Positions 1-8,800 of a stretch of 64,000 nt of DNA are shown piece by piece. The translations under genes were made by a program, and so were the position numbers. The notes below the pieces were generated by a model, which did no database searches, was not told where the DNA came from, and saw only the letters and a program-made list of their open reading frames with translations. The stretch covers positions 8,690 to 72,689 of the forward strand of contig JBDRGY010000014.1 in NCBI GenBank assembly GCA_043817315.1, given 5' to 3'. Position 1 is the first letter of the stretch; the number at the start of each line of letters is the position of its first letter. Source of the DNA: Patescibacteria group bacterium. Its GTDB lineage: Bacteria > Patescibacteriota > Patescibacteriia > JBDRGY01.

Positions 1-417
1 TCCCACGATCCAAAATATATCCCCCAGCTGCTTTTAGCAGCCAAGCAATATGATGTAGTTTTGGGATCCAGATACATCCACGGCGGCGGCGTCAGAAATT
101 GGGGTTTATCCCGTCGGCTGATTTCCCAGTTCGGTAATCTGTACGCCAGAGCAATTCTATTGTCACCAGTCAAAGATTTAACAGGGGGTTTTAAATGTTT
201 TAATAAAAAGGTCTTGGAATCTTTAGATTTAGACAATGTAGAATCTTTAGGCTACAACTTTCAGATTGAACTGACTTACAAAACATTAAAAAAAGGTTTT
301 ACCATCAAAGAAATACCTATTATTTTTACGGAAAGAAAAGGCGGTAAGTCCAAGTTTAACATGGGTATTGTTTTAGAAAGTTTTATTAAAGTAATTCAAT
401 TAAGGTTTAAAAAATAG
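1..417 (+). CDS. Polyprenol-monophosphomannose synthase-like GT2 glycosyltransferase, 5'-truncated by the window edge
   Basis: The frame is open from position 1 (SHDPKYIPQLL...DVVLGSRY). Motifs GSRY, DLTGGFKCF, GYNFQIE and EIPIIFTERKGGKSK are typical of the DPM1-like GT2 family. Confidence 0.85.
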   Translation, partial: SHDPKYIPQLLLAAKQYDVVLGSRYIHGGGVRNWGLSRRLISQFGNLYARAILLSPVKDLTGGFKCFNKKVLESLDLDNVESLGYNFQIELTYKTLKKGFTIKEIPIIFTERKGGKSKFNMGIVLESFIKVIQLRFKK

Positions 418-437
418 TAACACGTAATGAGTAACAT
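417..437. repeat. Three tandem degenerate heptamers (GTAACAC GTAATGA GTAACAT)
   Basis: 7-bp periodicity read directly. The same GTAAYRN unit occurs at 56372-56437. Confidence 0.4.
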
Positions 438-491
438 GATTTTGTTGCTTTTTTTATTGTCCAAAACGTCTTAAAATGATAAAATTCATTT

Positions 492-2045
492 ATGATTAGC
501 GCCAAAATACGCCAAAACATACCGGAGATATTAAAATATCTCCTTATAGTTGTCTTTATAATAATTTTTTCTTATTTATCGTTTGCTAGGCATGATTCCT
601 TAAAAACATACATGAATGATTTGGGGGCGATTGAACAGGTTATTTGGAACACTCTGAACGGTAATTTTTTTGAAGGCTCTTCGGTGATGTTGGCCGGCAG
701 TGTTGATTACAATTATTTAGGGGCTCATTTTGGGATAATCTTAATTCTGCTAACTCCTTTTTATTGGTTGTTTTCCTCCCCGAAAACTTTACTTTTTATT
801 CAAGTGTTTTTGGTTGGTCTGGCTGGGCTGCCTCTTTATTGGTTAGCCAAGGAAAAGTTGAAAAGCAGTTGGGCGGGGATGGTTTTTCTGATTAGTTATT
901 TATCCTATCCGGCTATTCAAAACGCTTTACTTTACGATTTTCATGAGGTTGTTTTAGCCGCGCCTTTCACAATTTTTGCCTTATACTTCTTAGAAAAAAA
1001 TAAAAAAGTCCCCTTTGTAGTATTTGCTGTTTTGGCCTGCTTGTGCCAGGAGCATATTGCTTTGATTTTTTTCATGGTTGGACTATATATTATTTTTGTC
1101 AAAAAACAAAAACGATTTGGTCTGAAAGTCGCAGCAGCTGCTTTGATTTGGTTTTTACTTTTATTGGGAGTGATCATGCCGGCCCTGTCCACAAGCGGAG
1201 AACCAGAATTAATAAAAGCAGAAACTGAATATTATCCCTCGCGCTATGCTTGGTTAGGAGGTAGTCTTACGGAAGTTGTTAAAAACCTTTTTACTAACCC
1301 CAGCCAAACACTCAGCTACATTTTCCAATACGAAAAAATCAGATATCTTTTTTACTTGCTGATGCCGGTTTTTGGACTTGCTGTTTTTTCACCGATGGTT
1401 TTAGTTGCTTTGCCGATAATCGGGATTAATCTGTTAAGCAGTATCAACATGCCCTATAATTTATATTTTTACCATTCAGCCATTATTACGCCGATGATTA
1501 TGGTGGCAGCTATTTTGGCTTTAAAAAAACATTTTCTGGGCAGTAAATATTTACATTACTTTTTAGCTGCTATTGTTGTAGCCAGTTTGACTATTAATTA
1601 TATTTTTTCTTTGACTCCCTGGACGGCCAGATACAGCCTGGAGGATTTTAGGCCGACTGCTCATGCCAAGAAAATTTCTGAAATTAAGGAATTAATTCCG
1701 GATGAGGCTTCGCTCTCCATTCAACATAATTTAGGTTCCCATTTTACCCAACGCCGGAATATTTTTCGTTTCCCCCTTTCTTACAACGAAGCCGAATATG
1801 TTTTATTGGATTATACTGATCCCTATTACAATAACAGGGAACAGATATTTCATTTTGATTATTCTCTACAAATGCCTAGGAACATTTGGTTTGATTTGAC
1901 TGTAGAATTGATAAATAGCCCGGATTACGGGGTGATTTTTTTTGAGGACGGCTTTTTATTATTCCAAAAAGGAGCAGCCCGAAATCTAAATGACCAGGCC
2001 CACAGCGACATATTCGAGATTATTGATGATGGGGATCGTTTATGA
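492..2045 (+). CDS. DUF2079-like multi-TM membrane protein, probable GT-C glycosyltransferase
   Basis: DLGAIEQVIWNTLNG, YLGAHF and YDFHE motifs; many TM segments; lies next to the polyprenol-P sugar synthase. Confidence 0.75.
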   Translation: MISAKIRQNIPEILKYLLIVVFIIIFSYLSFARHDSLKTYMNDLGAIEQVIWNTLNGNFFEGSSVMLAGSVDYNYLGAHFGIILILLTPFYWLFSSPKTLLFIQVFLVGLAGLPLYWLAKEKLKSSWAGMVFLISYLSYPAIQNALLYDFHEVVLAAPFTIFALYFLEKNKKVPFVVFAVLACLCQEHIALIFFMVGLYIIFVKKQKRFGLKVAAAALIWFLLLLGVIMPALSTSGEPELIKAETEYYPSRYAWLGGSLTEVVKNLFTNPSQTLSYIFQYEKIRYLFYLLMPVFGLAVFSPMVLVALPIIGINLLSSINMPYNLYFYHSAIITPMIMVAAILALKKHFLGSKYLHYFLAAIVVASLTINYIFSLTPWTARYSLEDFRPTAHAKKISEIKELIPDEASLSIQHNLGSHFTQRRNIFRFPLSYNEAEYVLLDYTDPYYNNREQIFHFDYSLQMPRNIWFDLTVELINSPDYGVIFFEDGFLLFQKGAARNLNDQAHSDIFEIIDDGDRL

Positions 2046-2680
2046 AGCCCAATTCTTTTGACGACAGATACAACGAGCAAGTCAAAGATTATTACCGGAA
2101 TATTGAGGATTATGATTGGGTGGAGGTTACTGATAATTGGAAAGGACCAGAATCTATAATTCACAAAAACCGAGAATGGACAATAAAAAAATTGATCAAA
2201 AAATACGGCCAAGGGAAATTTCTGGATGTTGGTTGCGGGGCTGGGCTAATCTTACGCCACCTGCCAAGAGGCTCTCAGGCTATCGATATCAACCCGCGAA
2301 ACATTGCCCGAGTAAAAAAATATGTACCTGATGCCAAAGTAACCCTGGGGGACGCCGAAGATTTACCGTATCAAGATGAACAATTCGATACGGTAATTTG
2401 TACGGAGACTTTAGAGCACCTAGTCAGGCCAGACAGAGCTTTATCAGAAATTCAAAGAGTCCTGAAAACAAACGGCGCTTTGATAGGTTCGGTTCCCCGT
2501 TTGTCGATTATTTGGCGATTCCGTTGGTTGAGCAGCACTCACCCCCATGATGAACCTTTTCACAACGAATACCGAAAAGAAGAATTGAGCAATCTTTTAG
2601 AGATTTTTCCCAAAAATAAAATTTGGAAATCATTAGGTCGAGCCAGCTTTATATTTATTGCGCATAAAAATGACAGTTAG
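2042..2680 (+). CDS. Class I SAM-dependent methyltransferase
   Basis: LDVGCGAG motif I, GDAEDLPY and FDTVICTETLEH; ATGA overlap with the upstream gene. Confidence 0.85.
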   Translation: MKPNSFDDRYNEQVKDYYRNIEDYDWVEVTDNWKGPESIIHKNREWTIKKLIKKYGQGKFLDVGCGAGLILRHLPRGSQAIDINPRNIARVKKYVPDAKVTLGDAEDLPYQDEQFDTVICTETLEHLVRPDRALSEIQRVLKTNGALIGSVPRLSIIWRFRWLSSTHPHDEPFHNEYRKEELSNLLEIFPKNKIWKSLGRASFIFIAHKNDS

Positions 2681-4133
2681 ACTTTTCAAACAAAAACATA
2701 TCCTGATATTTATTCTGGTTACCATGGTTTTTCTCATTTGTCTGAAATTGCCCATGGACCCCGATATGGGATGGCACTTACAAGACGGTCAGTTGATCCT
2801 AGCCAACAAAGGAATTCCAGCCACTGATCCTTATTCTTATACCATGCCAGATTTTCCGGTAATTTTTCACGAGTGGTTGACTGATATAATTATGTGGCTG
2901 ATTTATTACCGTCTGGGCCTATTGGTTTTGTCGGTGGTTTTTGCCGCCATCACTTTCTTGGCTTTCATTACGGTAGCTCGGTCCATCCCGGCCAGATTTG
3001 AATATCAGATTTTGGCTGCTCTATTGGGGGCGATCGCTTCTATCCCGATCATTGGTGCTAGGCCTCAGATGATTACTTTATTGGGGCTGGCCATGATCAT
3101 TTATATTTTCTACCGGTTCAAAAACAACCCCCGAAGTAAAATAATCTATTGGTTGCCCCTAATTTTCTTATTTTGGGTCAATTTGCACGGAGGCTTTGTT
3201 ATTGGTTTATTTATTCTTGGTTTATTTTTGGGCCTTGAATTATTAAGACACTGGTTATCCAGGTTTATCAAGAAATTTTCTATTACCATAATGGCCTGGA
3301 GAGATTGGCTGAAATTGGCAATATTAACCGTGGGATCGGCTCTAGTCACTTTGCTAAACCCATATGGTTACAAGATTTATGAAGAAATTTATAGAACTTT
3401 CTTTGACTGTACCTATGCCAGGCAGAATATTTTAGAATGGCTGCCCCTAAAGTTTTTTCAACTAAATGCCACCCAGTTTATTATTTATCTGATTCTTTTT
3501 GTCATCCTTCTTTTGGTGGCTTGGCGCAAGATCGACTTTAGCTATCTGATAGTTACCATAATTTTTGGCGTCTTGGCATTTACCAGCTGGCGCAATGTTC
3601 CATTATTCATTTTAGTTAGTATTCCTTTTTGGGTATATTTTGTGAAAAATTTAACCGGGCAAACTCTGGTCAAATTTATGAGGTCAAAATGGACAATAGT
3701 TGTTTTATTAATCTGTCTATTTTTATTGGGTCAGCAGAAATATAATGAACTTGTTCCTCATACTAAATCTGTGGTAGAATTAGCCAAGAAAGCACATTAT
3801 CCCATTGAATTAACCCAGTGGCTTGCGGATAATCCGCAAGAGGGTAATGTTTTTAACGAATACAATTGGGGAGGGTTCCTTATCTGGCAATTGCCGGAAC
3901 AGAAATTTTTTATTGACGGTCGGATGGCCTGTTGGGAACAAAATGATATTGAGATTTTCCGGATGCATCAGAGGGCTCTAAGGCAAGAAGAAAGTTGGCC
4001 AGAAGTCTTTGACCAGTTTGATATCAAATGGGCCATCTTGGGAAAAAATGATTTGATAGGTGCTATCCTGGTCAGTCAGGGTTGGCAAGAGATTTATGCA
4101 GATGATCTGGCTAAAATATTAAGGAAAGAATAA
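2670..4133 (+). CDS. Multi-TM membrane protein, probable GT-C fold glycosyltransferase
   Basis: DPDMGWHL..G, HEWL, RPQ, WVNLHGGF, LLNPYG and C-terminal FNEYNWGGFL..FIDGR motifs. ATG at 2670 is the likelier start. Confidence 0.65.
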   Translation: MTVRLFKQKHILIFILVTMVFLICLKLPMDPDMGWHLQDGQLILANKGIPATDPYSYTMPDFPVIFHEWLTDIIMWLIYYRLGLLVLSVVFAAITFLAFITVARSIPARFEYQILAALLGAIASIPIIGARPQMITLLGLAMIIYIFYRFKNNPRSKIIYWLPLIFLFWVNLHGGFVIGLFILGLFLGLELLRHWLSRFIKKFSITIMAWRDWLKLAILTVGSALVTLLNPYGYKIYEEIYRTFFDCTYARQNILEWLPLKFFQLNATQFIIYLILFVILLLVAWRKIDFSYLIVTIIFGVLAFTSWRNVPLFILVSIPFWVYFVKNLTGQTLVKFMRSKWTIVVLLICLFLLGQQKYNELVPHTKSVVELAKKAHYPIELTQWLADNPQEGNVFNEYNWGGFLIWQLPEQKFFIDGRMACWEQNDIEIFRMHQRALRQEESWPEVFDQFDIKWAILGKNDLIGAILVSQGWQEIYADDLAKILRKE

Positions 4134-5879
4134 ATGTTGAAGAATAAAAAACTGTTAATAGTAATCATCGCCGTTTTTTTGTTTTTGCCACAACTAGCCA
4201 GCGCTATTGAGTCGGGCACAATTAGTATCAAGCCGGCTTACCCTGATTCCGATGTCCAGTTTTCTAATAGTTGGTTTATTTACAATTTAGGCCCAGGAGA
4301 AAGCAAAGAAGATGCCTGCCTTATTCTAAATAATGGTGAAGAACCGGTGACGGTCGAGGTTTATTCGGTTGATGCCACTACTACTATTCAGGGTAGCTTT
4401 GCCCCGGGTGATTCCTATACAGAACCGAGCGGAGTCGGTTCCTGGGTAGCAATGTCTGGGCGTGAATTTGTGCTGGAACCAAATTCGGAACTGCTAGTAC
4501 CTTTTACTATTACTATTCCAGAAACAGTGGATGTGGGCGATCATATGGGAGCGGTTATCATTCAGAAAAAAGCGCCGGAACCAACTGAAGCCGGAGGCAC
4601 AGGAGTCAGTATTGTCACCCGAGTTGGGGTCAGGATATACCAGACTGTACCCGGAGAGGTGATCAAAGATCTAGATATCAATAGTCTGACCTGGCGCTAC
4701 GCCGATAGAGTATTATTTGAAGGGGAAGTTTTGAATAACTGGCTGCAATTTAAACGTTATCTGGGCTTTGGCAAGCCAGCCTCGATAGAAGTAGAGATAG
4801 CCAATAAAGGTAATAACAGGCTATTACCAAAAGGCCACTTTACTTTAACCAATATTTTCGGTCAGATCAGCCATAAGCAGGAATCGGATTTGGGAGAGAT
4901 TTTTCCCGGAGAAACTAATAATGTTCCGGTATCTTGGCACAAACCCTGGCCGGCACTTGGCCGTTTTGTCCTCAGGGTTGAAGCCACCTTTGATCAAGAG
5001 TTGCCTCCGGAGGAGAGGGAAATCGTAATTTGGGTTTTGCCGTATAATCTTATTTTTATTCTGATTATTCTGGCGGTACTGATCATCCTGATCCGGCTGA
5101 CCTTTCTACTGGTCATGGTCAAAAAACGCAAAAAGTGGGCTACTCATGTGGTGCAGCCCGAGGAAACTTTGGCCGACATCGCGGTAATGTATTCGGTCAA
5201 ATGGAAAAAAGTGGCTAAGGTCAATAAATTAAAAAAACCATTTAGTTTATCTTCCGGTCAAATTTTGTGGATACCGGGGGTCAAAAAGAAAAAAGAAATG
5301 GAAGAAGTGGGTACTCCTTTACCCCAGGAGGCCAAAGAGGGCAAAACGATTACTATCTGGAAGTGGGATTTGACACCGACTATCTTCTGGTCTAGTTTGT
5401 CGGGATTGATCATAGTGGTGCTGGCCGTTTTATGGTTTGTCTGGCTGGATGATGTTTTCCTGCAACCAACTGTTACTGTCAACGCCAATGTCAATGCCAA
5501 TACTAATGTCAATGTTAACACCTCGTTGATTCCCCAAGAAGCTTTAGATAGAGATATAGTCCGTAAATCTGATTTGGCCGAAATCCAGGAGGCCCTAGAA
5601 AGATATAAAACAGCAGAGGGCCAGTATCCTTTGGCCGAAGACAGAGACAGGACTAACTCCGCCGGGAATCGTTTGCAAGTCGAGCTACAGGACAAAGGTC
5701 ATCTATTGGAGCTACCGGTTGATCCTCTGGATCCCCAATATTATTACGGCTATTTATCAGCAGACGGTTCCAGTTATGAAATTACCGCAGTTTTGGAGAA
5801 CACCGAAGACCCGGAAGGAATCTTAGTCAACGACTTTTATCTCTACCAATTGGCACCAACAGCTTCCGAAGAGATATAA
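4134..5879 (+). CDS. DUF916/DUF3324 (WxL-interacting)-like protein fused to LysM, a second TM and a C-terminal pseudopilin(GspG)-like domain
   Basis: Signal peptide; SWFIYNLGPGESKED, VGSW and VPFTITIP..GDHMGAV; TM; LysM HVVQPEETLADIA..GQILWIP; TM; RDIVRKSDLAEIQEALERY..GQYP..LPVDP. Confidence 0.7.
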   Translation: MLKNKKLLIVIIAVFLFLPQLASAIESGTISIKPAYPDSDVQFSNSWFIYNLGPGESKEDACLILNNGEEPVTVEVYSVDATTTIQGSFAPGDSYTEPSGVGSWVAMSGREFVLEPNSELLVPFTITIPETVDVGDHMGAVIIQKKAPEPTEAGGTGVSIVTRVGVRIYQTVPGEVIKDLDINSLTWRYADRVLFEGEVLNNWLQFKRYLGFGKPASIEVEIANKGNNRLLPKGHFTLTNIFGQISHKQESDLGEIFPGETNNVPVSWHKPWPALGRFVLRVEATFDQELPPEEREIVIWVLPYNLIFILIILAVLIILIRLTFLLVMVKKRKKWATHVVQPEETLADIAVMYSVKWKKVAKVNKLKKPFSLSSGQILWIPGVKKKKEMEEVGTPLPQEAKEGKTITIWKWDLTPTIFWSSLSGLIIVVLAVLWFVWLDDVFLQPTVTVNANVNANTNVNVNTSLIPQEALDRDIVRKSDLAEIQEALERYKTAEGQYPLAEDRDRTNSAGNRLQVELQDKGHLLELPVDPLDPQYYYGYLSADGSSYEITAVLENTEDPEGILVNDFYLYQLAPTASEEI

Positions 5880-5882
5880 TAT

Positions 5883-8800
5883 ATGAGAGATAAAGTATTT
5901 AAAACAATCAACCTTGTTTGTTTAATTGGCTTGGTTTTATCTACCATACCGAGTGCAGCAATTGATTCCTGGCTCGGTTCTTTTGGTTTAGTGAAGAACG
6001 AAGTACAAGCTGGCATCATTGAACCGCTTATCGAAACGGACTGGCACCCCTTTACTGATAATGCTGTTCGCAAGAAAAATGAAGACGGTACCTGGACCGC
6101 TAATTTCTTCGAGAATAAACGCTATATCGATTATCAGGGTCGTTGGCAGCTGAAGAAAGATTTGTTAACTGTCAAAGTGGGGGATAACGCGGAAATCATC
6201 TTTAATTGGGGAGACAGAGAATTTCAGTTAGTCCCTTATACTTACTTTCATGGAGAAAAATATCGTTACGAAAATCTTAATTCTTTAGTCAAAGAGCAAA
6301 TTGATTTACAGGCAGAGATAAAGGATATTGAGGGTGGGAAAAAGTGGTCGCACACCTTGAATAAAGCTAAGTATTTAGATAAGGTCGGTTTTGTTTTTGA
6401 ACCAGCCGGCCTGATTGTCAAGAAAAATGACACTTTGTTAGCCCTGGATGATTTTTTGTATTTAAGTTTCAACGATTTACTGCAGTCAGGTTACGATATT
6501 GAATTAACCGATCAGGAATTAGTTGTGGCCAATTTGAAAGAAGGTTTAAATATTTTAGATCCCAACTTTAATTCCACAGCAGCGGCTGACGGACAGCTTA
6601 CCAGATCATTCCCCAGCGGCACTAATGATGCCGCTTATCCTTCGGCAGACCCAACTAATATCGGGGACGATCTTGAATTTTTACCCTTTGGAGAAACCAG
6701 CCAATACTTCCGAGGCTATTTTTCTTTTGATACCTCATCTATACCAGACGGCGACTTGTCCAGTATCAGTGGGGCCAGCCTATACACTTATGTAGAGGCT
6801 TTTGTCCGGTCATCCAGATATACCCCTCCCCTTGGTTGGGCTTATGATTACATGTGCGACACTGATGATATCGGTGCCTCGTTAGACACTGGAGACTGGG
6901 ATCTGTCCAGTCCGGTTAATTGTGTTGCTGCCAATAACTGGGGGGGGCCGGGAAATGAAGGCTGGAAAAGCCCAAGCATTGGAGGTGGTAATGTTAATAA
7001 GACCGGAGACACTGATATTGAAATTAAACAGTATTATGGCACCACTGCCGGAAAAAGAGCCTACGCTCAAGTAACCATGACCGAGGACGGCGGGGCCAAT
7101 ATTCCTTATCTGACGGTTACCTACACGGAATACGATCCGGTCCAGAAAAACTGGCGCTGGTATGATGACGAGTGGGACTCTAGAGCAGAGCGGATATATA
7201 TAGTGGATGATTACGATGCCCAGGCTTATGCCAGTTGCGATACAGATGGAACCTTTGCTGGGTCAGAAAGTGAATTTACTTCTGGTGACTACGGCAACAT
7301 TGATGAAGATGACGCCAATCTTGTTCTAGACGGAAATTCAGTAGAGAATGAATACACCTATCACAGATTTGTCTTTACCATTGATGGATCCATTTCGGAC
7401 ATTTATCAGGTTGATGTCACCTGGAAGGGTTATGCCGAGGATGATGATATTAATTATGGCCACTCTTTGTGGATAGAAGAGAACAGTACCTGGACGGAAA
7501 GAGATAGTGGTACCTCTTCCTCCAAAGAGACATTATCATATAGTTATACTTCAGGATTTGGTGACATTATCAGCGGAGGTACCATGGAAGTGGCTGCCCA
7601 GGCCGATGTTACTTCTGGCGGCTTTAATACTTTAAGAAGTTATTACGCTGAAGTCAAAGTTTATTACAACACTTTAAATGAAGATTTAGGAGCGGAAAAT
7701 GCCGAAGCCTACAAAAACCCAATTTTCTGGGATCAAACCCTGAAATTAAGAGTAACCCTGGAGAATGAAGGAGCCATAGCCGGAGATAATATCCGCAAAG
7801 CTTTGCAGTATTCTACGGATGAATCCAGCTGGACTGATGTTTCGGAAAATGACGCCGGAACCCCCAATCTCTGGCGTTACGGCGATCCCATCAAGTGTGG
7901 AGGAACCGATGATGCTGTCCTGCCCGCTTTATTATTAACGGACTCCGATACCTTGGCAACTCATAACGAATCAGGGGATGATGCCTCTACTTATGATCAC
8001 GCCGTGGCGGATTTAGCTGAATACGAATTCTGCTTGGAAAATTACGCAGCTACTCCCGATACGCTTTATTATTTTCGGGTTTATGATAATGGACTGGGAG
8101 AAGAGGTGCCCTTAGACACCAGTGAAACTCATCCCCAATTGACAACCTCTGAGGTGCCGGTCCGCTCCGGACCAGACGGAGTCTTTACCCACTATACTAT
8201 TAATCAAATATATGATAATGACCAACTGGCTATGAAATTCTTGGCTCCGGATGATCTAGCTGACTGGAAAATTGCCTTTTGGGGATCGGAATTCGGTACT
8301 GTCACTGACAGCTTGAAAGTTGATGTTTGTCAGGCCACTGAAGATGATGTTTTTGATGCCAACTGCCTTGTTTTGGACACGGCTTCCATTGACCCATCTG
8401 CAATCAAGGATTGGCAGGCCGATATGGCCTATACTTATGACATTGTTGAAGGTAATTATTACTGGCTGCATTTCTACGAAGATGGCACGGCTGGAGACAG
8501 TACCAATAATTTCCGAGTCAGGAGTGTCAGTTCCCGAATAAAGAAGGAGATTGCTCAGTTTACAACTGACGGTTGGACAGGTACGACCGAAATGGGCAGT
8601 ACAACAATAAGGATAAAAGATGGCAGTGCTACCGATAAAAGGATATACCCGATGTATGTAGGCTCGGATCAGGAATTATATACGGCCGATACTTACCAGA
8701 TATACAGTCCCCGGGCTGATTTAACAGTCAATTACGTCTATTTAAAATTGGCTGGTAGAGATAATACGGGTGGAGATATTTCCCTGAGTATTTGTAATCA

